DNA of 35,235 nt from Thermoflexales bacterium (GTDB taxonomy: Bacteria; Chloroflexota; Anaerolineae; B4-G1): positions 1 through 35,235 of the forward strand of contig SKLM01000115.1 in the NCBI GenBank assembly GCA_007123205.1, written 5' to 3'. A model generated the notes under the pieces. That model worked only from the letters and a program-made list of their open reading frames with translations, did not search any database and was not told the DNA's origin. The translations under genes and the position numbers were made by a program. Below are positions 1 to 8,314 of the stretch, piece after piece (within the stretch, counting starts at the first letter, position 1; each line of letters opens with the position of its first letter).

Positions 1-53
1 CGCCTGCGGCAGTCGGCGGGTCGCAGACCCGCCTCGAGCTGGTGTCGGGGGTT
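1..53. repeat. REP-like palindromic repeat, copy 1 (may extend beyond the window edge)
   Basis: Matches 151-203 at 51 of 53 nt; core hairpin GGCGGGTC-GCA-GACCCGCC. Confidence 0.85.
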
Positions 54-150
54 AGAGCAATGCCGGCGAGGGAGATGGGTCGCTCCCCTCGGGTCGGTAG
101 GAGGATGGGGGATGGGCTGCACGCAGAAACTCGGAATCGATGGGGCAGGA

Positions 151-203
151 CGCCTGCGACAGTCGGCGGGTCGCAGACCCGCCTCGAGCTGGTGTCAGGG
201 GTT
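151..203. repeat. REP-like palindromic repeat, copy 2
   Basis: Direct repeat of 1-53 at 150-bp offset with 2 mismatches; same hairpin core. Confidence 0.85.
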
Positions 204-296
204 GGCGCGGGGGTCGGGGATCGGAGCGGTGGCAGGGACGGTGACATGGGGCCGTCTCGGTGGATGGTCGCGACCTGATGGCTGGAAAAAGTGTTG

Positions 297-325
297 TTGC
301 GACGTCAACGTCATAGGGGTATAAT
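297..325 (+). promoter_or_regulatory. sigma70-type promoter
   Basis: TTGCGA (297-302), 17-bp spacer, TATAAT (320-325). Confidence 0.7.
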
Positions 326-331
326 GGAGCG

Positions 332-522
332 AGCCCCGAGGAGGAAAGGGGAGTATCGGGATTTTCCGCCTGGCGAGGAAGCCAGGAGGCCACCGAAAAG
401 GCCCCTCTATGGGTCAGCAGGTAGACACAAAGCGCATCGTCTCTGCGCTTTCTGAAGGCTGGGGCCGGAATTCCCGGTTTCCAGGCGACATAGGTGGGGC
501 GTCAGCCCTATTCTACTTTCGG
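332..522 (+). ncRNA. candidate structured RNA (6S-like long hairpin) or structured rseP leader
   Basis: Starts just after the promoter. Hand pairing: 336-350/506-522, CGCCTGG 367-373/CCAGGCG 481-487, GGCCCC/GGGGCC, apical AAAGCGCA/TGCGCTTT, with an unpaired central bubble. No family-diagnostic motif recognised. Confidence 0.3.
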
Positions 523-525
523 AGA

Positions 526-587
526 AGGAGGTTTTTCGGAAGCCTCCTAGGCACAATGACGGGCCGGAGAGTGCCCGTTCTTCTTTC
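526..587 (+). terminator. tandem hairpins, possible terminator or attenuator before rseP
   Basis: AGGAGGTTTT-TCG-GAAGCCTCCT (526-548), then ACGGGC...GCCCGT followed by TCTTCTTTC. Confidence 0.35.
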
Positions 588-602
588 GACTGAGAGATCA
601 CT

Positions 603-1922
603 ATGGAGTGGGTTACGATTGCGTTTTGGCTGATCGGCACGGTTATTGTGATGTTGGGACCAATTCTTCTGATTCACGAGTTGGCCCACTTCATCCTCGC
701 CAAGATGGCAGGTGTGCGCGTGGAGGAGTTCGGTTTTGGTTTTCCCCCCCGGCTCATTGGCCTGTGGCGGGGAGCGGGACACTTGAGTATAGAGGGTACG
801 CGAGTGACGGTCCCGAGAGGGTTCAAGCTGCCGGCAGGATTGGAGCCCGGCGATCGAGTGGCCGCGGTCACGCGGAGGGGCGACGAGGGACACGTGCTCG
901 AGCGGGTTATCCTTCTGGCTGAGGACGAGAGTGAGACAGGTCAGGGACGGGGGCAGGTTGATGGGGGTACTCGCATGGCGGGAGCAGTCACGGGAGTGGA
1001 GCCGGGCACTCTGTACAGCCTGAATCTTCTTCCCATGGGAGCCTTCGTCAGGATGACGGGCGAAGAAGATCCCTCCGACCCCCGCAGTCTGGGCGCTCAG
1101 TCCAAGCGTTGGCGGCTGGCCGTGATGGCAGCAGGGCCGGTTATCAACCTGTTGGCCGCGCTACTGCTCCTGGTGGGGGCGTATACCAGCGGTCTGCCCA
1201 CGGAGTGGCGGGTGAAGATCACGGACGTTGGGCCGGGAACACCTGCTGCCCAGGCCGGACTGCAGCCTGACGACTTGATCCTGGCAGTCGACGGTGAGCG
1301 CATCAGCGAAGGACTGGATGAACTGCACCAGATTATCCGAGCTGCCCCGGAGGAGACCATCGAGCTTGAGGTCATGCGGGGCCCCCAAGAGCTATCGATC
1401 CTGGCAACCCCCGAACGGAGGGGAGAGGACGGTTTCCTGGGCATCATGATGGCGCCCTGGCCGGCTGACACGGGGCTGCAACGGTATTCCATCCCAGAGG
1501 CCTTCAGAGAGGGCGGTCGCGATCTGGGTTCGATTGCGAGAATGACGCTGCAGCTACCGATTATGTTGCTCCGAGGTGAGGTTAGTTCCCAGGAAGCGCG
1601 CCCGACGAGTGTAGTCGGGATCACCCAGATCATGACCTTCTCACTTCAACAGAGCTTCGAATGGGGACTGGCCTTTCCGGCGCTTCAGACGATGGCCCTC
1701 ATCAGCCTGGCGTTGGGGTTGACCAATCTGCTTCCACTGCCAGCCCTAGACGGGGGACGCATTCTGTTCGTGATAGTGGAGGCCATCCGGGGGCGCCGCA
1801 TCTCTCCGGAGCGGGAGGCCGTGGTCCACTTCATCGGGATGATGATCCTGCTTGCTCTTATGCTCTTGGTAATGCTCCAGGACTTCCTGGATCCAATCAT
1901 ACCCTGGTCTCTGCTGGAGTGA
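603..1922 (+). CDS. rseP: RseP/RasP site-2 intramembrane metalloprotease (M50) with PDZ domain and an extra inserted domain
   Basis: HELAH zinc motif, FGFGFPP loop, AGPVIN, PDZ segment (GTPAAQAGLQPDDLILAVDG), NLLPLPALDGG. Confidence 0.93.
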   Translation: MEWVTIAFWLIGTVIVMLGPILLIHELAHFILAKMAGVRVEEFGFGFPPRLIGLWRGAGHLSIEGTRVTVPRGFKLPAGLEPGDRVAAVTRRGDEGHVLERVILLAEDESETGQGRGQVDGGTRMAGAVTGVEPGTLYSLNLLPMGAFVRMTGEEDPSDPRSLGAQSKRWRLAVMAAGPVINLLAALLLLVGAYTSGLPTEWRVKITDVGPGTPAAQAGLQPDDLILAVDGERISEGLDELHQIIRAAPEETIELEVMRGPQELSILATPERRGEDGFLGIMMAPWPADTGLQRYSIPEAFREGGRDLGSIARMTLQLPIMLLRGEVSSQEARPTSVVGITQIMTFSLQQSFEWGLAFPALQTMALISLALGLTNLLPLPALDGGRILFVIVEAIRGRRISPEREAVVHFIGMMILLALMLLVMLQDFLDPIIPWSLLE

Positions 1923-1939
1923 GAACGACGGTGACGGGA

Positions 1940-2890
1940 ATGAACGATGCACTCGAGTTCGCCTTAGAGCCGTTGCTCGAAACGGGTGAGAGACCCGATC
2001 AGGCCGCGTTGTGGTGTCTCTCGAACCTCAACAGGGAGGAAGCGGAACGGGTGCACGACGTCTGGACGCGGTTACCGCCAGATCTTCGGGCGGAGGCGAC
2101 GTCCTGGTTGGTGAGCATGGCCGAGGCAGATTTCACCCTCGACTTCAGCGGGATCTTCCGGATGGCGATGGAAGATCAAGATGAACGAGTGCGAGAGGCC
2201 GCGATCGAAGGCCTATGGGAAGAGGAGGACGTGCGGCTGGTGCCACGCCTGGCGCAGTGCCTGCGAGAGGACGAGTCAGTCAGCGTCCGTGCTGCCGCGG
2301 CCAGGTCATTGGGACGGTTCGTGCTGCTCGGGGAACTGGAGAAGATCCGGTCGGGACCCCGTGAGATGGCATATGAAGTTCTCCTGGAAGCCCACCAGGC
2401 CGAGGACGAAGATATCGAGGTACAGCGGAGGGCACTGGAATCGCTGGCCTACGTGTCTGACGACGCGGTGGTCACATCGATCAGGGAGTCCTACAAGTCG
2501 CCGGTGGAGAAGATGCGTATCAGCGCCGTCTGCGCGATGGGTCGAAGCGCCGATACTAGCTGGGAACAAGACGTACAGCGGGAGCTGTACAGCACGAACC
2601 CCAAGATGCGGCATGAAGCCGCTCGCGCTTGCGGTGAGCTTCAGGTCTCTGAGGCGGTGTCAATGCTGGAGGAGCTGGCGGAAGACACCGACACGGAGGT
2701 GCAGCAGACTGCGATCTGGGCCCTGGGACAGATCGGTGGGGATAGGGCGCGCCAAGTCCTGGAACACTATTGCGGGGTCGACGATGAAGCTCTTCGGTCC
2801 GCTGCCGAAGCTGCCGTGAGGGAGTTCGAGTTCCTGCACGGCGACCTTGAAGAGATGTTTGCCAACCTGGACAAGGAGATCCCCTGGTAG
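1940..2890 (+). CDS. HEAT/PBS-lyase repeat protein
   Basis: Repeated units VREAAIEGL, VRAAAARSLG, VQRRALESLA, MRHEAARACG, VQQTAIWALG. Start moved to ATG 1940 (GTG 1931 is an alternative) to avoid overlap with rseP. Confidence 0.85.
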   Translation: MNDALEFALEPLLETGERPDQAALWCLSNLNREEAERVHDVWTRLPPDLRAEATSWLVSMAEADFTLDFSGIFRMAMEDQDERVREAAIEGLWEEEDVRLVPRLAQCLREDESVSVRAAAARSLGRFVLLGELEKIRSGPREMAYEVLLEAHQAEDEDIEVQRRALESLAYVSDDAVVTSIRESYKSPVEKMRISAVCAMGRSADTSWEQDVQRELYSTNPKMRHEAARACGELQVSEAVSMLEELAEDTDTEVQQTAIWALGQIGGDRARQVLEHYCGVDDEALRSAAEAAVREFEFLHGDLEEMFANLDKEIPW

Positions 2891-2901
2891 GTGGGGAGCC
2901 G

Positions 2902-4125
2902 TTGCGCAGGATCAGGCTGGTATCGGGAATCGTGATCTGCGCTGCAGCGATCGTCGGATCGCTGTCGATAGTTGCCTCTGTATCGGCCGAGGGCATGGCC
3001 GTGGTGGAGCAGGACGTGGCGTACAGCTTCGCGCAGCAGGTCACCTTCACCCTGGCGGTCACCTCCAGCGCCGAGATCTCAGAGATATACCTCTTCTTCC
3101 GCGGCAGCAAGGATCCCGACACGGAGAAGGTGGCGGTCGCGGTGGAGAACGGTGCAGGAGTGATCCGTGTCAGCTACACACGCGACGTGGGGCTGTATCC
3201 CCTACCTCCGTTTGACCAGATCACATACTGGTGGCAGATCGAAGATGTGGCAGGGAACCGGCTGCAGACGGAACCAGAGGAGTTCACGTATGCGGACAAC
3301 CGGTTTGAGTGGCGGGCACTGAGCACTCCCGGTATCTCGGTGCACTGGATTGAGACCCGGGGCGATCCAGCCTACGCGCAGACGGCACTGGATATCGCGC
3401 AGGCGAGCGTCGAGGAGATCAACGCGGAGCTTCGTGCCCCGCTTCCGGATTCCCTGGATATCTTCCTCTACGACACTGAGTACCATCTCGAAGGTGCTAT
3501 GGTCCTGGCGGGACGAGATTGGATCGGGGGGCAAGCGCGACCTGAATTGGGAGTGGTCTTGGTGGCGGTGCCACCGGAACAAGGCTATGGGTCGCGGATG
3601 AAGCGGTATCTGCCCCATGAGATCACGCATCTGCTGGTCTATGAGCTTGTCGGTTCCGAAGGCTACAGATACGTGCCCAGTTGGCTGGATGAGGGGCTAG
3701 CCACGAGCAACGAGCAGTTGCCAACCCCTGAGTACGCGCTGGCCCTGGAGGAAGCTCAACAAGCGGATGGGCTTCTCTCATTGAGAGACCTGTGTGTTCC
3801 GTTCTCGCCGGATCCGGGGAGGGCGTTTCTCTCCTATGCCCAGAGCGCCAGTGTGGTCAGGTTCATCCGCCAGCAGTACGGGGGCGACGCCGTACGTAGA
3901 CTGTTGGCAGCGTACGCCGACGGTGCCAGCTGCACAAGTGGGGTGGACGACGCGCTGGGCATCAGCTTCAGCAGGTTGGAGAGCGATTGGCTGGCGAGTC
4001 TGAGCCCGGCGACGGGGTGGCGAGTGTGGATGGACCGGGGGGGGGTCTGGATAGGACTGTGGGTGCTGACGATCCTGGTGGCCGTGCCCATGATCGGGCA
4101 TCTCCACCGTGGGGCGGGCCGTTGA
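2902..4125 (+). CDS. exported MA-clan (gluzincin-like) zinc metallopeptidase with C-terminal membrane anchor
   Basis: Signal-peptide-like N-terminus, HEITH plus PSWLDEGLA, YAQS, hydrophobic C-terminal helix. Confidence 0.82.
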   Translation: MRRIRLVSGIVICAAAIVGSLSIVASVSAEGMAVVEQDVAYSFAQQVTFTLAVTSSAEISEIYLFFRGSKDPDTEKVAVAVENGAGVIRVSYTRDVGLYPLPPFDQITYWWQIEDVAGNRLQTEPEEFTYADNRFEWRALSTPGISVHWIETRGDPAYAQTALDIAQASVEEINAELRAPLPDSLDIFLYDTEYHLEGAMVLAGRDWIGGQARPELGVVLVAVPPEQGYGSRMKRYLPHEITHLLVYELVGSEGYRYVPSWLDEGLATSNEQLPTPEYALALEEAQQADGLLSLRDLCVPFSPDPGRAFLSYAQSASVVRFIRQQYGGDAVRRLLAAYADGASCTSGVDDALGISFSRLESDWLASLSPATGWRVWMDRGGVWIGLWVLTILVAVPMIGHLHRGAGR

Positions 4126-4156
4126 TGAAGGTGACCGGCAATGGAGAGAGAGCGGT

Positions 4157-4690
4157 ATGAACGACGTCCTCGTCTTTGATCTGGAGACACAGTATATCGC
4201 CAGTGAAGTAGGGGGTTGGAGCAACATCCGTGATATGCGACTGGCAGTCGGGGTGACCTATCACACGGCTTCGAACGAGTACCGGTCGTACCTGGAACCG
4301 GATGCAGAGGCTCTGATCGGTGCATTGCGCAAGGCAGACCTAATCGTCGGCTACAACCTGCTTGGCTTCGACTACGAAGTCCTGCGTCGCTACACAGAAG
4401 ACCCTCTTCTGGACTTGCCGACGGTGGACATGCTGGACGATCTCCACCGGGCTTTGGGGTTCAGGCTCAGACTGGACGACGTGGCCGCAGCCACGTTGGG
4501 CACTGGAAAGAGCGCCGATGGCCTGCAAGCGGTGCGGTGGTTCCGTCAGGGACAGATTGAGAAGGTGATCGATTACTGCCAGCGTGACGTGGAGGTGACC
4601 TGGAAGATCTACCGGTTCGGTCAGGATAACGGCCACGTCTTGTACCGGGACCGGCATTGGCGCACGCGGAGGGTAGCCGTGCGATGGTGA
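4157..4690 (+). CDS. RNase H-like DEDD 3'-5' exonuclease (YprB/RNase_H_2-like)
   Basis: VFDLET, GYNLLGFD, LDDVA, YCQRDV motifs; ATG 4157 follows GGAGAGAG. Confidence 0.82.
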   Translation: MNDVLVFDLETQYIASEVGGWSNIRDMRLAVGVTYHTASNEYRSYLEPDAEALIGALRKADLIVGYNLLGFDYEVLRRYTEDPLLDLPTVDMLDDLHRALGFRLRLDDVAAATLGTGKSADGLQAVRWFRQGQIEKVIDYCQRDVEVTWKIYRFGQDNGHVLYRDRHWRTRRVAVRW

Positions 4691-5643
4691 ACAAGCAGGG
4701 TCCCGAGGTCGGTTATCTGGCACTCCATCGCTCAGGCGAACTGCGCGAGCGGATGGAGCGCGCCTATGAGGAATTGCGCAGCTGCGTCTTCTGTGGTCGG
4801 GCGTGTGGAGTCAACCGCCTAGGAGACGGCGGGGAAGAAGTGGGATCCTGTGGGATCGGCAGCGGTGTCAAAGTGGCCAGCCACGGTGCGCACCTGGGCG
4901 AGGAGGATCCGCTACGGGGCTATCGCGGATCGGGGACGGTGTTCTTCTCGGGATGCAATCTAAGCTGCCAGTACTGTCAGAACTACGATATCAGCCAATA
5001 TCGGCGAGGCCGCGAGGTCGACCCAGAGGGACTGGCCGGGATGATGATGTCTCTGCAGGAACAGGGATGCCATAACGTCAACCTGGTATCGCCAACGCAC
5101 GTGGTGGCGCCGATCCTCAAGGCCCTGGTGATCGCGTCCGGGCGAGGGCTGCGGTTACCTCTGGTATGGAATACGGGGGGCTACGACTCGCTGGAGACCC
5201 TGGGACTGCTGGACGGAGTGGTCGATATCTACATGCCAGATATGAAATATGCCGATGCGGAGGTGGGGCGTCGGTATTCCAAGGTGAAGGACTATCCGGA
5301 GGTCAACCAGGCAGCCGTCAAAGAGATGCACCGTCAAGTGGGTGACCTGGTGATGGACGACCAAGGCATTGCGGAGCGAGGGTTGCTCGTCCGACATCTT
5401 GTCCTGCCTGAGGGTTTGGCCGGGACAGCCGCCGTGGCGAATTTCCTGGTGAAAGAGGTCTCGCGCCACACCTACGCAAACATCATGGATCAGTACCGGC
5501 CGTGCTACAAGGCAGGGAACATGCCGCCGCTCGATCGCCCTGTCACGCGAGCGGAGTTCGAGAAAGCCCTGGAGGAAGCTCGGGAGGCCGGCCTGTACCG
5601 CTTCGACCAACGAGAGGCCCGTTTTCTTCGCCTATTCAGGTAG
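4684..5643 (+). CDS. PflX-family radical SAM protein
   Basis: N-terminal CVFCGRAC, GSGTVFFSGCNLSCQYCQNYDIS (CxxxCxxC), NLVSPTH, DIYMPDMKY, LLVRHLVLP, MDQYRP. Confidence 0.88.
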   Translation: MVNKQGPEVGYLALHRSGELRERMERAYEELRSCVFCGRACGVNRLGDGGEEVGSCGIGSGVKVASHGAHLGEEDPLRGYRGSGTVFFSGCNLSCQYCQNYDISQYRRGREVDPEGLAGMMMSLQEQGCHNVNLVSPTHVVAPILKALVIASGRGLRLPLVWNTGGYDSLETLGLLDGVVDIYMPDMKYADAEVGRRYSKVKDYPEVNQAAVKEMHRQVGDLVMDDQGIAERGLLVRHLVLPEGLAGTAAVANFLVKEVSRHTYANIMDQYRPCYKAGNMPPLDRPVTRAEFEKALEEAREAGLYRFDQREARFLRLFR

Positions 5644-5664
5644 CAGAGAAGAAGGAGCTGCCAT

Positions 5665-5961
5665 ATGAGTGGCGACCGGAGTTCGCGAGCTCGTGTGCAC
5701 GCGAGAGTTCACGGCTACGTGCAGGGTGTTAACTTCCGCTACTACACCACCCGCACGGCCCGTCGGCTGAATCTAACGGGCTGGGTCGCGAACCGGCGAG
5801 ATGGCACGGTGGAAGCAATGGCAGAAGGAGAACGTTTGGATCTCGACGAGTTCGTAGACTTCCTGCACCGAGGGTCGCCTGCCGCATCGGTAAAGCAGGT
5901 CGATGTCGAGTGGGAAGAGCCGAAGGACGAGTTCGACGGCTTTCGGGTGCGCTATCTATGA
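5665..5961 (+). CDS. acyP: acylphosphatase
   Basis: VHGYVQGVNFR and GWVANRRDGTVE signatures; RBS AAGGAG. Confidence 0.93.
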   Translation: MSGDRSSRARVHARVHGYVQGVNFRYYTTRTARRLNLTGWVANRRDGTVEAMAEGERLDLDEFVDFLHRGSPAASVKQVDVEWEEPKDEFDGFRVRYL

Positions 5962-7196
5962 GGAATAACCTGGAGCGCTCGGCCTGGATCATCCTGCTGA
6001 GCTCCTTCGGTCTCTGCGTGGCGCTGGGGGTGATGATCCCTCTGGGCATTCGCTGGTACGTGCGCAATGCGCAGATGAACCAGCACGTAAGTCTTCAGGT
6101 TCAAAGGGGGCCGCTCAGTGTCGTGTACGGCGGTCGCGGCCGGGCCTTGTCCGTCTCAGAGGATACCCGCGATCTCCCCGAGGCCAGCAGGATAACGGCT
6201 CCCAACGCTACATCCGGGCGCCTGGTGATCGAGGCGCCGGACCCCGGGACGGTTGCTCCTATAGCGACTGTTCAGCTGTACGATGAGACCGAGTGTGTCC
6301 TGTCTCTAGCGCGTTCTCCACGATTCTCGGCGAGCCCCTTGCCGCACCGACTGACACTGAAGATGGAGGCCGGGCGCGTGCGGGTCAATGTCTATGGGAC
6401 GCTTGACAGATCTACGATCGTGGAGGTGCAGACCCCTCAGGGATCAATCACGCTCACAGAGGGCAGCTACGAGGTGAAGATCAACGCGGAGAGTGAGGCC
6501 ACGGTGCGGTACGGACAAGCGGTGGTGGTCGGCGATTCGGGAGATGAGTCATCCCTAGGCCCGGGCGAGCGCGCGATCCTGAGATCCGATGGGATAGACG
6601 GCCCGCTGCCGGCAGCCCGGAATTTGGTGGCAAACGGCGACTTCCAGGATCCGTTGGAGAGCGGGTGGCAGACCTACAACAGGCAAACGGATCCGCAGCA
6701 ATCCCCGGGGAGGATTGAGCTGGTGACGAGTGTGGTTGACAACGAGGAGACGACCGCAGTCAACTTCTACCGAGACGCGGTCAACCACGCCGAGCTGGGC
6801 ATCACGCAGGCCATCAACTACGATGTGCGGGATTTTGCCTCCCTTGAACTGCAGATGGCGGTCAACATCGCGTATCAGAATATCCTGGGTTTCGGCGGAT
6901 GCGGATACCTGGGATCGGAGTGTCCGATCATCGTCCGCATCAACTACAGGGATATCCACGGCGCCGATCGGGAATGGCTACACGGCTTCTACACCGGCCG
7001 ACCAGCCGAGGACTGGCTGCTTAACTACTGGGCCGAGAGCGTGGAGATCGGAACCTGGCAAGCATATAGCTCCGGGAACCTCATGGAGGAGTTGGCGGGG
7101 ACGCCCCCTGCCGTGATCCAGAGTCTGACCGTTCACGCTTCCGGACACAGCTTCGACGCTCTGGTCACGGAAGTCGAGCTGCTCGCTCAAGAATAG
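5958..7196 (+). CDS. membrane-anchored protein with FecR-like beta domain and CBM/galactose-binding-like C-terminal domain
   Basis: ATGA overlap with acyP; N-terminal TM helix; LKMEAGRVRV...VEVQTPQG...V.YGQAVV...LGPGE is FecR-like; NLVANGDF...W is CBM-like. Domain calls are by eye. Confidence 0.6.
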   Translation: MRNNLERSAWIILLSSFGLCVALGVMIPLGIRWYVRNAQMNQHVSLQVQRGPLSVVYGGRGRALSVSEDTRDLPEASRITAPNATSGRLVIEAPDPGTVAPIATVQLYDETECVLSLARSPRFSASPLPHRLTLKMEAGRVRVNVYGTLDRSTIVEVQTPQGSITLTEGSYEVKINAESEATVRYGQAVVVGDSGDESSLGPGERAILRSDGIDGPLPAARNLVANGDFQDPLESGWQTYNRQTDPQQSPGRIELVTSVVDNEETTAVNFYRDAVNHAELGITQAINYDVRDFASLELQMAVNIAYQNILGFGGCGYLGSECPIIVRINYRDIHGADREWLHGFYTGRPAEDWLLNYWAESVEIGTWQAYSSGNLMEELAGTPPAVIQSLTVHASGHSFDALVTEVELLAQE

Positions 7197-7429
7197 GTGA
7201 GCTAAGCCGGCGATCCATCGGCAGGCAACCGCAGGCGGCGCCTCTCAACCATCCGGTGTAGGGGCTCAGAAGGTGCTGCCTGCCACGATGAGGAGCGGAG
7301 CCTGAGAGCCGCCGCGGTCATCGTTGAGGGTCGCCGGTCGGGATTCCGATGGAAGGCACTGGCCCGATTTCTCCGACGCGAGCAGGGCGCGAGGCCCCAG
7401 GGGGCCCAGACCAGAGATCGACCCCGCCC

Positions 7430-8128
7430 CTACTCGAATCCCAATCCGCGCTCGCGCAGGCTGACGAAGCGTTGTTGACCGATGATCAAGTGATCCAAGA
7501 GGTCGATGTTGAGCAGCTGCCCCGCTGCGACCAGCTGTCGGGTCACCTCCACATCCTCCGGCGACGGTGATGGGTCACCGGAGGGGTGATTGTGGGCCAC
7601 AATGACGGCCGCGCACCCGCGTTTCACGGCGTCCCGGAAGACCTCGGCTACTCGTATGTGGGACGCGTTGAGGGTGCCGACGTAGACCGTCTCAGAGCCG
7701 AGCAGGTGGTTGCGGGTATCGAGATACAAGACCCGGAAGTTCTCCTGCTCGAGATGGGCCATCTCCGCCATTAGAAGCTGCGCCACATCGGACGGCGAAC
7801 GTACGACGAGGCGATCCTCGGGGGTGGCGAAAAGCATGCGTCGGCCGAGCTCCAGCGCCGCCTTGAGCTGCGCTGTCTTAGCGTCTCCCAGCCCCCGTTC
7901 GGCGCGCAGCTCAGCGAAGCTGGCCCGGGCCAGACCAGTCAGGCCATCGTAGGTGGAAAGCAAACGGCGGGCCATGTCCAGGGCACTCTCTCCCCCCACG
8001 CCGGTGCGCAAGATGATGGCCAGTAGCTCCGCGTTGGAGAGGGCTGCCTCACCAACTAGCACAAGCCGTTCCCGTGGCCGTTCCTCCAAGGGAAGCTCCT
8101 TCATCGTGGGCCGCATCGGTTGGTTCAT
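7430..8128 (-). CDS. radC: RadC (UPF0758) JAB-domain protein
   Basis: ERPRERL, LSNAELLAIILRTG, HhH-like GLGDAK, HNHPSGDPSPSPED, LLDHLIIG; ATG 8128 with GAGAGG RBS. Confidence 0.93.
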   Translation of the reverse strand: MNQPMRPTMKELPLEERPRERLVLVGEAALSNAELLAIILRTGVGGESALDMARRLLSTYDGLTGLARASFAELRAERGLGDAKTAQLKAALELGRRMLFATPEDRLVVRSPSDVAQLLMAEMAHLEQENFRVLYLDTRNHLLGSETVYVGTLNASHIRVAEVFRDAVKRGCAAVIVAHNHPSGDPSPSPEDVEVTRQLVAAGQLLNIDLLDHLIIGQQRFVSLRERGLGFE

Positions 8129-8314
8129 AGTGACCTCTCTAAGTTGGATCAGGCAGTGGCTCAGGGTCGAAAAGGTGCCACATCGACGGGCACTAAAGGG
8201 CTCTGCAACTTGGCCCATCCGCCATCGGGCCCCTACCCGAGGAGGCTGCCTGACGTCACTGTGTCAGGCGCCGGGAGCGACCGGCGCGAGACTGCTGAAC
8301 GGCGTGTCCGTATG

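Noticed and set aside
1-203. Repeats as a CRISPR array (also 22804-23103)
   Set aside because: Only two copies per locus, intervals of ~97 and 210 bp are too long for spacers, and there are no cas genes.
338-352. GAGGAAAG resembling the RNase P RNA 5' motif
   Set aside because: Not followed by TCC, no 3' partner motif, and the region is too short.
1661-1939. Long N-terminal ORF extensions (also at 14716, 20073, 33892, 5910 and 8218)
   Set aside because: They overlap neighbouring genes or promoters; downstream starts have better RBS or coupling and match family N-termini.
7295-7380. Minus-strand GGAGA...CTCTCAGG resembling a glycine riboswitch
   Set aside because: Lacks the CCGAAG element and lies downstream of radC with no gene to regulate.
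7430-8128. radC as a marker of a mobile element
   Set aside because: Full-length chromosomal type with N-terminal HhH region; no integrase or transposase nearby; no GAAC-N4-GTTC LexA box seen upstream.
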